Shown here: in pieces, positions 21,997 to 31,601 of the stretch
Layout: each line of letters starts with the position of its first letter
Position numbering within the stretch: position 1 is the first letter of the stretch
Virus record (IMG/VR): IMGVR_UViG_3300025098_000016
Length of the DNA stretch: 64,000 bases
Source of the DNA: an uncultured virus (IMG/VR IMGVR_UViG_3300025098_000016)
Taxonomy: Duplodnaviria; Heunggongvirae; Uroviricota; Caudoviricetes
Strand: one strand, 5' to 3'
Notes under the pieces: model-generated
Told to the model about the DNA's origin: nothing
The model's database searches: none
What the model saw: only the letters and a program-made list of their open reading frames with translations
Program-made: the position numbers and the translations under genes

Positions 21997-22304
21997 TGAG
22001 CGATAACATATATCCTAAATGCGAAAATGCAAGAAAATTATATATTACATCTAATAGCCAAGTGCGTCCTTGCTGTTGGTTAAGTGAATGGGAAGAAGTT
22101 TCAATGGATGAAAATTGGAATTTGAAAACCAATACTATAGAACATATTTTAGAAAATGAACTTTCTGCTTATGTTCAAGGGTTAAAAGAAAATCCTGAAA
22201 AATTTGCTTGCAAAATGTGTTATAGAAAGTGCAATCAACCTTTTACAGAAACAGCAAACCCTACACAGCAATATGTGATATTTGGAGATGAAGATGAAAC
22301 GTGA
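21996..22304 (+). CDS. Stand-alone SPASM-like Fe-S domain
   Basis: PKC..YIT...V.PCCW...C..C...C; aligns by eye with the N-terminus of 27578. Confidence 0.65.
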   Translation: MSDNIYPKCENARKLYITSNSQVRPCCWLSEWEEVSMDENWNLKTNTIEHILENELSAYVQGLKENPEKFACKMCYRKCNQPFTETANPTQQYVIFGDEDET

Positions 22305-22971
22305 ACTACAAGACATGACACTCCATTTAGAGATGAGTAAACGCTGTTTATTGCAATGCCCTAAATGTCCTCGTACAAAATATACAGGACATTATAAAAT
22401 TGATGATCTGCCAATTGAACATATGAAGACAATAGTCAATGCTACAAATCCTAGGAGAGTTACTTTTTGTGGTAACTATGGAGATCCGCTATATCATCCT
22501 AAAATTTTAGACGCAGTTAGATTTCTACATGATTCGGACATCCCATTTGAATTTCACACTAATGGCTCTGGCAAAAAAGTATCCTGGTGGGAAGAGTTTT
22601 ATAACTGTTATGAAAATAAACCATACGGAAGAAAAGAAATTAAAAGTACAGTGTGGTTTGGATTAGATGGATTAGAAGATACTGCACATTTATATCGTGT
22701 AAACACAAATTGGAAAGAAGTTTTCGATGCAATGTGTTTAGGTGTTAAGATGAATCAAGAAATAATATGGCAATGGATTCCGTTTAGTTTCAATGAACAT
22801 CAGATTGAAGAAGCAAAGAAATTAGCAGAAGACAATGGTATACATCTACTATTACGTTTAAGTGATAGGTGGGACAGCAGACAAGGAAAGTTTGATCCAT
22901 TAGAACCTACAGAAAAGTTCAAGCCTACAACTCGTCATACCGGTAATGGATATATTCATGAAAAAAAGTAA
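22294..22971 (+). CDS. Radical SAM protein (core only)
   Basis: CLLQCPKC, CGNYGDP, HTNG, GLDG; ATG 22294 has SD GGAG. Confidence 0.8.
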   Translation: MKRELQDMTLHLEMSKRCLLQCPKCPRTKYTGHYKIDDLPIEHMKTIVNATNPRRVTFCGNYGDPLYHPKILDAVRFLHDSDIPFEFHTNGSGKKVSWWEEFYNCYENKPYGRKEIKSTVWFGLDGLEDTAHLYRVNTNWKEVFDAMCLGVKMNQEIIWQWIPFSFNEHQIEEAKKLAEDNGIHLLLRLSDRWDSRQGKFDPLEPTEKFKPTTRHTGNGYIHEKK

Positions 22972-24130
22972 AAGAAAAAATAAAATACATTGTGCATATG
23001 TAGAAAAAGGAATACGAGTTAATTTTTTAAATAAATCTGGACACCCGTATGTACGTGCTACACCTTGTTGTCATTTAGATAAAGATTTTATCGAAGACCG
23101 ATTTAAATCATTCACTCCTTTAGAAGAAAAACAATCAATTGAAAAGCATATAACTTTAAGACATTTTAAGTCACATTTCAAAAAAGGAACATTTCATCCT
23201 GCTTGTGGAAGTTGTATAAATGCTGAAAAATCTAACAACGATAGTGTAAGATTAAAACTTAATAAATTAGAAAAAGAAAATCCAGATTTTGATTATTTAA
23301 AATTAGATGTAGTGATGTCTAATAAATGTAACTTAGCATGTCCTTTTTGCAGTCAAGGCTCTAGCAGTTTAATTGAGACACTTGCAAAAAAATATACATG
23401 GCACTTGCCTATGCATTGGAAAAAAGGAACACTGGAACAACCTGATACTAAACTAGTAGGAAAAACATGTGCTAATTTACTAAAAAAATATAAAATCCAT
23501 ACTTTTAAAATTATTGGAGGCGAACCATTTTTAATTGAAAACTGGGAACCTATAGGAAAAGTATTAGATGAAAACTATTGTAGCGATTTAAATTTAGAAA
23601 TTACTACTAATGGTACAATAATGAATGATGAAATTATCAAAAGACTTTCTAAAGCAAAACATACTAAATTAAGAATTAGTATGGATTCAATAGGAGAGAA
23701 TTATAATTTCATCCGCTGGCCTCATAATTGGGAAAAGATGAAACGTAATTTAACTTTTCTAAGGGATAATAAACCAGATAACTGTGACTATCAGATTTCT
23801 ATTCTTGTTAATATATTGAATTTTGAATATCTACCTCAGATAGAAGAATTTTTAGTTAATGAAAATTTAAATTATGGATTTGACTTTACATTAAAACCTG
23901 TAGACAGTCCGTTACAATGGTATAATCTTCCTTTGCCAATTATTTTTCTAATACTTGAAAAAGTTAAAGACGAAACTATTAAAAACAGTATCAAACAACT
24001 TATGCATACAGAATCAAATGTTGATTTTGATCTTATTGTAAAAGACGTAAAGTTTTATCTTGATCAAAGGAATATGAAACCTGAACATGTGCTAGGACTT
24101 AAAACTAGAGGATTTTTAGATTTAAAATGA
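22946..24130 (+). CDS. Radical SAM protein with N-terminal Cys-rich domain
   Basis: CNLACPFC, GGEP, TTNG, ISMDS, YNFIRWP; N-terminal PCC/CGSC. Confidence 0.85.
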   Translation: MDIFMKKSKRKNKIHCAYVEKGIRVNFLNKSGHPYVRATPCCHLDKDFIEDRFKSFTPLEEKQSIEKHITLRHFKSHFKKGTFHPACGSCINAEKSNNDSVRLKLNKLEKENPDFDYLKLDVVMSNKCNLACPFCSQGSSSLIETLAKKYTWHLPMHWKKGTLEQPDTKLVGKTCANLLKKYKIHTFKIIGGEPFLIENWEPIGKVLDENYCSDLNLEITTNGTIMNDEIIKRLSKAKHTKLRISMDSIGENYNFIRWPHNWEKMKRNLTFLRDNKPDNCDYQISILVNILNFEYLPQIEEFLVNENLNYGFDFTLKPVDSPLQWYNLPLPIIFLILEKVKDETIKNSIKQLMHTESNVDFDLIVKDVKFYLDQRNMKPEHVLGLKTRGFLDLK

Positions 24131-25065
24131 TTTTAATAAAAACCGCAGACGGATTAAAACAATCTAACCTTGCTGAAGCAAAGACAACCTATAATAAATT
24201 TAAAGGTTGGTACTGTGGTGCAGGTATGGACTTCTTATGGATTAGTAACAAGGGCGAAGTTTTTGGTAATGTGTGCAGGAATAGCGGATCTTATGGAAAT
24301 GTATTCAGTAATTTTACACTGCCAACAGAACCTATGATTTGTCCTGTCAAAAGTTGCTATTGTGCAAGTGATATTAATATACTCAAAAGTAAATCTATTG
24401 AAAATTTTAAAACACTAAAAAATGACATTGATTATAATGCTCCAAAGTATAGTGGCGAAGAAATTTTAGCACTAGAATCTGTTAACAAAGAATTTGCAAT
24501 TAATTGGAATTTAGGACCAAGGTGCAACTACGATTGTAGTTACTGTCCTGCTACAGTTCACGATAATTATAGTCCTCATATTACATTTGAGCAATTTAAA
24601 TTAGCATTTGACAAAGTATTAGATCAAATAGGTAAACAAGAAAATTTAAAATTAACGTTTACTGGAGGAGAACCTACTATTAATCCAGAGTATATGCAAA
24701 TTGTAGATTATGTAGTTTCTCATAATGGAAGAGTTTATACAAATACAAATGGAACAGCTAGTATAGATAAATTAAAAAAACTTTGTAATGCCGGCGGCTT
24801 GCATATTAGTGTACACACTGAATTCTATCAAGCAAATAAATTAGCAGATAAAGTCAGCCAGTTATCACTAGAACAAGGAGTATGCATTGTTAAGTATATG
24901 TTAGTACCGGGAAGATTGCAAGAGTGTAAAGATTTTATCAACTTGCTTCCTTCTAGTAACGGATCATACAGAATCAATATAGAGCCTCTAGTTGATAAAG
25001 CTAACGGTAACAAAATACTAGATTATACACAAGAAGAACTAGAATATCTGAGAACACCCAAATGA
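24127..25065 (+). CDS. Radical SAM protein with N-terminal Cys-rich module
   Basis: CNYDCSYC, TGGEPT, NTNG; N-terminal GWYCGAG..C..C....CYC.SD. Confidence 0.85.
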   Translation: MILIKTADGLKQSNLAEAKTTYNKFKGWYCGAGMDFLWISNKGEVFGNVCRNSGSYGNVFSNFTLPTEPMICPVKSCYCASDINILKSKSIENFKTLKNDIDYNAPKYSGEEILALESVNKEFAINWNLGPRCNYDCSYCPATVHDNYSPHITFEQFKLAFDKVLDQIGKQENLKLTFTGGEPTINPEYMQIVDYVVSHNGRVYTNTNGTASIDKLKKLCNAGGLHISVHTEFYQANKLADKVSQLSLEQGVCIVKYMLVPGRLQECKDFINLLPSSNGSYRINIEPLVDKANGNKILDYTQEELEYLRTPK

Positions 25066-25757
25066 CTTTTAAACAACCAGAAAATGTAATTGCTATACAA
25101 AGCAATAGACCACAGGATTTTTTTTATGTACATTGGAACATAGGAAGACGATGTAATTACGATTGTAGTTATTGTCCTGACAGTTTACATGATTTTAAAA
25201 GTCCGCACCGCAGTCTTGAAAATTTAATTGAAATAGCAGAAAAACTTAAAGCAAACATTCCTTCAAGTAAAAAGATTAGAATATGGTTTACAGGCGGCGA
25301 ACCAACAGTTAATCCAAATTTTCTTAAGTTTTGTAAATGGTTAAACAATGACGGAAGATTTGTAGTAGGGTTAAACACTAATGGTAGCAGGACCAAAGAA
25401 TACTTATTAGAACTTATGAGCTATATCAACATTATTCAATTTAGCAGTCATTTTGAGTATGTAGAGGAAGACAAATTTCTCCCTTCAATGAAAGCGATAA
25501 GCAATTATGTAAGTGACAAACATGGAAAAAGCATGAGTCTTAATCTAATGATGGAACCGGAGCATTGGGATAAAGCAGTAAGAATGGTTAAGTATTGTAT
25601 AGCTCATAATATTCCTTATCATATGAAACGCATAAGACCCAAAAGTGTTGTACATGAAGGTAAGAATCCATATTCGCCTGTTTATACAGAAAATCAAATA
25701 AAATTTTTAACTGATAATGAATATAGAAATGTAGTGCTAGAGGAATACGATGATTGA
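25062..25757 (+). CDS. Radical SAM protein (core only; paralog of 24127)
   Basis: CNYDCSYC, TGGEPT, NTNG. Confidence 0.85.
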   Translation: MTFKQPENVIAIQSNRPQDFFYVHWNIGRRCNYDCSYCPDSLHDFKSPHRSLENLIEIAEKLKANIPSSKKIRIWFTGGEPTVNPNFLKFCKWLNNDGRFVVGLNTNGSRTKEYLLELMSYINIIQFSSHFEYVEEDKFLPSMKAISNYVSDKHGKSMSLNLMMEPEHWDKAVRMVKYCIAHNIPYHMKRIRPKSVVHEGKNPYSPVYTENQIKFLTDNEYRNVVLEEYDD

Positions 25758-26382
25758 ATTTTTTAAGATAGGTGATTATCAATTTCCTTATGATCCTACA
25801 TTAGAAAAAGTAGGCTTAAAAATCAGCGGTGGAGCAGATAGTAGTTTAATAGCATACATTTTAGGATTACTAAAATCACAAGGTTTAATTAAAAGCCAAA
25901 TAATTACAATGACCAATGAGCATCATGATCGTCCTTATCAGATAGATTATACTAACAAAATACTAAACTACATTACACAAAAAACAGGAAGTGTTTTTGA
26001 ATATAGATGTTCTGTGTTTTCTCCAAGTGCAGAAGAATACAACATGAACAGTAGTGCTATAGTACAAAAAACAAAAAATAGTTTAATGTTTGGTAAGCAT
26101 TATATGGGTATAACTGCTAATCCTCCAATCGAAACAGGAATAAAACAAGAAGATTTAGAACGCACACACGATAGAAATAAACTAGTATATACTGATACTA
26201 AAATTACACCGTGGATTAACTACGATAAGAAAGATATTGCTAACATTTATAAGCAATTAGACATTATGGAACTTTTTAGTATGACTAGAAGTTGCGAAAA
26301 TAAAACCTTTGACTTTACAAAGCATTGCGGTGAATGTTGGTGGTGTATAGAACGTAAATGGGGATTTGGAAAATATGAGTGA
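25750..26382 (+). CDS. PP-loop ATPase, QueC-like
   Basis: SGGADS PP-loop; TRSCE...HCGECWWC Zn-binding motif as in QueC. Confidence 0.7.
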   Translation: MIEFFKIGDYQFPYDPTLEKVGLKISGGADSSLIAYILGLLKSQGLIKSQIITMTNEHHDRPYQIDYTNKILNYITQKTGSVFEYRCSVFSPSAEEYNMNSSAIVQKTKNSLMFGKHYMGITANPPIETGIKQEDLERTHDRNKLVYTDTKITPWINYDKKDIANIYKQLDIMELFSMTRSCENKTFDFTKHCGECWWCIERKWGFGKYE

Positions 26383-26743
26383 TATAATTGTTTACGACAA
26401 AGACGGTAATACTCAAGAAGTTTGGGCTAACGATATGGTCAAAGCAGAAGAAGTAAATTTTGAAGGCTGGCTCTGTGGCATTGGCTTAGAAAGTATTGAC
26501 ATAAAAAGCAATGGAGATATTTACAGAGGCACGTGCAGGATAGGAGGTCCTATCGGACACATCGATGATGAAGTTTGGAATTTGCCTACAGACTTTATTG
26601 AGTGTAATAAGAATAGCTGTACTTGTGTAGCTGATATTAAAAGTACTAGGTATAAAGACCAAGAAACAAGAAACAAATTAGAAAGTAAAGTTAAACAAGT
26701 AGTAATAGGAAAGGGTGGAGATGAGAGTTCAAATAATTTTTGA
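26375..26743 (+). CDS. Stand-alone Cys-rich (SPASM-like) module
   Basis: FEGWLCGIG..C..LPT...C....CTCVAD; homologous to the N-terminus of 24127. Confidence 0.65.
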   Translation: MSDIIVYDKDGNTQEVWANDMVKAEEVNFEGWLCGIGLESIDIKSNGDIYRGTCRIGGPIGHIDDEVWNLPTDFIECNKNSCTCVADIKSTRYKDQETRNKLESKVKQVVIGKGGDESSNNF

Positions 26744-27581
26744 GGACGATACTGTTTTTGACTGGCACATGCATAACAATTCATTTGTAAAAAAATGGGT
26801 AAGCATGTTACAAGAACATATTGTTAATGTTCCTAAATTACATAACTATGAGCTTACATTACAAGGATTAGGTCCTGCTGACGAATTTAAACGCCTTAAT
26901 AAAATTATTGACAAATGTAATGAACATCGTGCAAACACAATTCCAGATCATTATGTTAATAAAGCAGAATACACATTACAAGAATTAAGCGAAGTACACT
27001 ATATCTATGAAGAAATAGCACAACAGCCCGAATGGCTTAACGGATTGTTAAATGAAAATGATGCTATAAAAGCAAGAGACTTACTAAACGATTTTATTCA
27101 TCAAGCAGAAAGCAGAGCTGGAAGTAATTTAAATTTTCAAAAAAGAATAACTCCAAGAGTTAGATTTAGAATTGTTAATCCTGAAACAGGCGTGCCTAAT
27201 GCTCGTAAAGAAGATTTTCAAGATTTAGATTATAATTTATTTGATCCTATTGTACATCCTAGTATAATGTATTTAAATTATAATGCAATAGGAGAAGACT
27301 TTATTAAAACTTATAAGAGTGAACGCGAGCCCAAAGATGCTGTGCCTCTAAGACAATTTAGTCCTAGTTTCTTTTTTGTTTTACATGCTATTGATTATGA
27401 CACACAATTTAAACGGATCGAACGTTGCAAACAATGGATGCAACAAGGTGGCTTTGATCCTTTAGATGTTAAAAATTCTTTTGGATATATTCCTATGGGA
27501 ACTTTATTCAAAAGTGAAAATGACAGTGTTTATGAAAATGCATTGTTAAAATCTAAAATTAAAAAGGTAGTGATTTTATGA
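26721..27581 (+). CDS. Hypothetical protein
   Basis: About 286 aa ORF; no motif recognised; start approximate. Confidence 0.55.
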   Translation: MRVQIIFEDDTVFDWHMHNNSFVKKWVSMLQEHIVNVPKLHNYELTLQGLGPADEFKRLNKIIDKCNEHRANTIPDHYVNKAEYTLQELSEVHYIYEEIAQQPEWLNGLLNENDAIKARDLLNDFIHQAESRAGSNLNFQKRITPRVRFRIVNPETGVPNARKEDFQDLDYNLFDPIVHPSIMYLNYNAIGEDFIKTYKSEREPKDAVPLRQFSPSFFFVLHAIDYDTQFKRIERCKQWMQQGGFDPLDVKNSFGYIPMGTLFKSENDSVYENALLKSKIKKVVIL

Positions 27582-28603
27582 TATTTCCTAAATGTATGAT
27601 CGGAAGAGCACCTCAAATTACATATACAGGACATGTTTTACCCTGTTGTTGGATACCATATGAAAAGGAACTAGAGTTTGTAGACGGACTATCTAAAATA
27701 AATCCTTTTTGGCGAGAAGACTTTAATTTATACAACAATAAATTTATGGACATTGTAGACAGCCCCGAATGGAATACCATGTTAGAAACTATTTACAAAG
27801 ACACGCCATTAAAGTGTTCAATTAAATGTAGCGAGTTTACAGTTAGCAAAACTGGAAAAGCGGAAACTGGAAATACTACAGTGCCAAAAATAAATCCATC
27901 AAAAACAGACAAACAAGGATATATAGAAACACTATCAGAAAGCCAAGAGATTTTTGAATATACTAAAAATAAAATTGTAGACTATAAAAAAGTTCAATTA
28001 GAAACTACAAGTAGATGTAGTTTAAAATGTCCTTATTGTCAAAGGACAGTAGAAGCAGGAACAGGTAAGTATTATAAATCCGATTTGACATTAGAAATAC
28101 TCGAAGATGTTTTAACCACTCCATATATTGAAAGAATAGATGATTGCGGTCGTTATGGAGATCCTACATTTTACAAACAATATCATGAGTTCTTAGATTT
28201 AGTTGCAGATTCGAATATTAAAAAATATAATATGAGTGTTGCGGCTACAGGACGAGGCAGTAATTGGTGGAAAACAACAATAGATAAATTTATTAAAATT
28301 AAAAACACTGGAACTATACCTATCATTACATTTGGAATCGACGGGTTAAAGGACACTAGTAATAAACATAGGATAGGACAAAACTTTGACGAAATATGGA
28401 ATGCTATGATTGACTGCCATAATGCAGGTATTAAAGTTTTGTGGCAAGTTATTCCTACAAGTGCTAATGAACATCAAATTGAAGAAATTAAAGAGATAGC
28501 AGACAGATTAGGTATTGAAATTAGAATGGTGTTAAGTAATAGATTTAGGGGAAGAGATGATCCTCTTACACCGGTTAATTTGGACCTTAGTTATATCAAA
28601 TAA
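27578..28603 (+). CDS. Radical SAM protein with N-terminal SPASM-like domain
   Basis: CSLKCPYC, CGRYGDP, GIDG, NEHQIEE; N-terminal PKC/PCCW/C...C. Confidence 0.82.
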   Translation: MIFPKCMIGRAPQITYTGHVLPCCWIPYEKELEFVDGLSKINPFWREDFNLYNNKFMDIVDSPEWNTMLETIYKDTPLKCSIKCSEFTVSKTGKAETGNTTVPKINPSKTDKQGYIETLSESQEIFEYTKNKIVDYKKVQLETTSRCSLKCPYCQRTVEAGTGKYYKSDLTLEILEDVLTTPYIERIDDCGRYGDPTFYKQYHEFLDLVADSNIKKYNMSVAATGRGSNWWKTTIDKFIKIKNTGTIPIITFGIDGLKDTSNKHRIGQNFDEIWNAMIDCHNAGIKVLWQVIPTSANEHQIEEIKEIADRLGIEIRMVLSNRFRGRDDPLTPVNLDLSYIK

Positions 28604-28614
28604 ATATTAGTATG
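28601..28614 (+). promoter_or_regulatory. Late motif-N5-ATG (leaderless-type start)
   Basis: TAAATA-TTAGT-ATG, no SD. Confidence 0.55.
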
Positions 28615-29304
28615 TTAAAAAATATTATTAAAAATAGGTATAGTGCTAGAACATTTCTTGACATAGAAATTGAGCAAGATAAGATTGATTACATTTTAGA
28701 ATGTGCAACACATGCTCCTAGTAAACAAGGAATATATCCTTACAAGATTTTTGTGTTAGGTACTAGTGACAAAGCACAAGAAATAAAAGAGTGGTTATTC
28801 TGGGAAAACACCTGGTGTGTAAATGGACAACGTGCCATTCCAGAAGGAAAGGATAGCAATAATAAAAGATTTAATGGCCAATATAAAGCGCCGCTGGTGC
28901 TAATATATGTGGGATATCCTCCTAAATCTGTAGAAAATCATATATCTGCAGATTATATAAAAGACTTTTTAAAAAACTCTGCCGATAAAATTAATACTGA
29001 CGCAACTGTTAGTGCAAGTTTTGCAATGTTAGCCGCTGAAGAACAAGGGCTTAGAACTTGCTTTGGTAAATGCCACGATGAAAAATTAGTATCAGAAAAG
29101 TTAGGAATACCCTCGAAAGCAGTAATGGTAGTAGGTATAGGTTATGCAGAAGATTATGAAGGAGAGGACGGAATACTAAACCAAGAAGTTTACAAAGACG
29201 GTATCCTACAAGGACAGCAACCAAAAAATTTACCACAAACAACAAATATTCCAGATCATTACGATCGCCAAAGAAAGCCAAGCAACATTATGGTGGAAGT
29301 ATGA
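28612..29304 (+). CDS. Nitroreductase-family flavoprotein
   Basis: IKNRYSARTF, APS, MLAAEEQGLRTC, GIGY. Confidence 0.8.
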   Translation: MLKNIIKNRYSARTFLDIEIEQDKIDYILECATHAPSKQGIYPYKIFVLGTSDKAQEIKEWLFWENTWCVNGQRAIPEGKDSNNKRFNGQYKAPLVLIYVGYPPKSVENHISADYIKDFLKNSADKINTDATVSASFAMLAAEEQGLRTCFGKCHDEKLVSEKLGIPSKAVMVVGIGYAEDYEGEDGILNQEVYKDGILQGQQPKNLPQTTNIPDHYDRQRKPSNIMVEV

Positions 29305-30002
29305 GAACACTTGAACATGTTAAAAGTATAGAAGAAAATAATTCTGATCCCTTTCAACTTTATAATTTTATCAGCAGAGTTGAAAACCAAGAACTTATTA
29401 AATTTTATGATAATACAGATAAAGAAATAAAAGCAACAGGACCTACAATAGTACGTCCTGACCTATCATTACCTGTATTTAAACAAATATTTAATAGAGT
29501 ACAAGAAACTATAGGTGAAGATGTACGTTTAGAATCAGCATTGATATTCAGTACTCCTTGGGCACATGTAATACATAATGACGACGATGTTAAAGGAAAT
29601 GCAAAGCCTTATAAAGCATTAACTATTCCTTTAGAATTATGGGGAACAGCAAAAGATACTGATATAAAACTAATGATGTTTGATCAGTATTATTATCATG
29701 GCGGCAAAAAATTTTACAATGGTGGCCCTGCCCCAAAAAAAATTGCAACCAATCTGCCTTTACTAGAATACAAAGATGTTAGTTACATTAATAATAAGGG
29801 TATACCTTATGATGTAAAGAAAAAATATCTTACACATTTACAAGATAACTGGCTAGAAGGATTATCAATCCATAGTTATTTTCCTTGGAAAATTAATAGT
29901 GCAATAATTTTTGACAGCACAAGATTACATAGTAGTAGTAATTTTAATGCTATAGGAGTTACTAAAAAACTAGCACTCAGTATCTTTACCTACCTACCAT
30001 AG
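29301..30002 (+). CDS. Fe(II)/2OG-type oxygenase-like protein
   Basis: IHND...IIFDSTRLHSS....K (HxD...H). Confidence 0.55.
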   Translation: MRTLEHVKSIEENNSDPFQLYNFISRVENQELIKFYDNTDKEIKATGPTIVRPDLSLPVFKQIFNRVQETIGEDVRLESALIFSTPWAHVIHNDDDVKGNAKPYKALTIPLELWGTAKDTDIKLMMFDQYYYHGGKKFYNGGPAPKKIATNLPLLEYKDVSYINNKGIPYDVKKKYLTHLQDNWLEGLSIHSYFPWKINSAIIFDSTRLHSSSNFNAIGVTKKLALSIFTYLP

Positions 30003-30009
30003 ATATAGA

Positions 30010-30023
30010 TAAGTATTTTTATG
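30010..30023 (+). promoter_or_regulatory. Late motif-N5-ATG (leaderless-type start)
   Basis: TAAGTA-TTTTT-ATG, no SD. Confidence 0.5.
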
Positions 30024-30776
30024 GTAGACTATAAGACTCACGACAAAAATGGTAACTCTTTAAATATTATAGATAATTCGCCTATTGAAGGTTATATAAG
30101 TCCTGCAAAAAGATGGGCTAATGAACCAGACTGGTTTGAACCTACGCAAGAAGATTTAAAATGTGAACTACAGTTATCTGCTTTAGATTTTTGGGAACCA
30201 TTAAAACAAAAAGTTAAAGAAAAAGAGTTCAGTTCTCAAATTGAACCTTACAATAATAAATGGATACCTTATTTGCGTAAAGAAGGTATTATGAATGATA
30301 GAGAAGGAATGTTGCTTTCAGGTCTCAACGGTGATACCTATACAGATAGTCTAAGCATGCCTGAAGCAATAAAACGTTCAGGGAAATATTTGTACGATAA
30401 GGACTTTAAATATCCAACAGAACTTTATAATAATTTAACATGCTTGCACCCTGTATTAGATATGTTTGGTCCTCTTGGCAGAACTGTTTTAATTAAAATG
30501 AACAAGGGATCTTTTTTTGTACCTCATAAAGATGATCCTTGGCTGGTTAGAGACTGTTTTAGGATTGCCGCTTTCTTTGGTAACACTCGCAACTTTGAAT
30601 GGGAAATGTGTGGTCAGAAAGTTGATATTGAGCCTGGAAGATTTTATTATATTGATACACGTAAAACTCATAGAACACATTCTTGGCAACATAGTAGTAT
30701 TCATTTAATTGTAAATATTCCAAAGACTTGGAAAAATGTTATGACACTTATAACAAATTTAGAAAGAGCTCCATGA
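30021..30776 (+). CDS. Asp/Asn beta-hydroxylase-like Fe(II)/2OG oxygenase
   Basis: FVPHKD...GRFYYIDTRKTH...HLIV. Confidence 0.65.
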   Translation: MVDYKTHDKNGNSLNIIDNSPIEGYISPAKRWANEPDWFEPTQEDLKCELQLSALDFWEPLKQKVKEKEFSSQIEPYNNKWIPYLRKEGIMNDREGMLLSGLNGDTYTDSLSMPEAIKRSGKYLYDKDFKYPTELYNNLTCLHPVLDMFGPLGRTVLIKMNKGSFFVPHKDDPWLVRDCFRIAAFFGNTRNFEWEMCGQKVDIEPGRFYYIDTRKTHRTHSWQHSSIHLIVNIPKTWKNVMTLITNLERAP

Positions 30777-31597
30777 AATTATTATGTGATGGATGGTGTG
30801 CCGACTACGATATCAAACTAAAAGGCATGCCCAAAGATGAATTACAAGAAGTTTTTAAAGACATATACAAATACCTTGTTCTAAATTTTCATAATCAAGA
30901 TTTAGACGAAGCAGACCTATTGCGTATTAGTGAAGTAGTAGGTAGTGTGCAGAAGCAAGATCCTAAAGACGCCCAAAGGGCTCACGGCGGTGGCGGTGAT
31001 GTGTGGGCAGGTGAAGGCATACTTAGAGTAGGCGGCGACGATTTGACAGGTAAGCCTAGTCTGTTTAGTCACAAGCATGATTTAGATTGGCATGCTAATC
31101 AACCTAGTAATCCTAAAAGAAAACATTTAATTTGGTTATATGCAGTAACTGGCACCGTTGGAAGTCGCACAAGTTGGTTGAATAATGCATGGTCATACGA
31201 AGACTTACCTGCTGACATAAAAGAGACTCTTGAAAATGTTCATGTTTATTGTGGTTATCAAGCAGGTAGATATAGCGATACTCCATTATTTAAAGACCAT
31301 ATACAGAGAGATAATCCTGTAAAACTTATTCAAAATTTTGGCGAACATAAAGGAATCTTTTTTCCTTTTTATCAAATATTTGAAGTTGTAGGATGGGATA
31401 AAAAAGAAAGCGAAGAACTTATTTCATATCTACAAAATCATATATTGAACGAAAAATATATGTATCACCATCATTGGAAAAACGGCGATCTCAATATAGC
31501 TGAACAAATTGTTACTATTCATAAAAGATGGCATTTTGAACAAATGGGTCAACGTATACTTTGGAGAGTAGCAAGTGGTCACGAAAATTTGCAGTGA
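30773..31597 (+). CDS. TauD/TfdA-family dioxygenase (variant ligands)
   Basis: WHAN, G..T.W, H.WKNGD.....TIHKR, RILWR; ATGA overlap with the previous gene. Confidence 0.7.
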   Translation: MKLLCDGWCADYDIKLKGMPKDELQEVFKDIYKYLVLNFHNQDLDEADLLRISEVVGSVQKQDPKDAQRAHGGGGDVWAGEGILRVGGDDLTGKPSLFSHKHDLDWHANQPSNPKRKHLIWLYAVTGTVGSRTSWLNNAWSYEDLPADIKETLENVHVYCGYQAGRYSDTPLFKDHIQRDNPVKLIQNFGEHKGIFFPFYQIFEVVGWDKKESEELISYLQNHILNEKYMYHHHWKNGDLNIAEQIVTIHKRWHFEQMGQRILWRVASGHENLQ

Positions 31598-31601
31598 AAT
31601 A

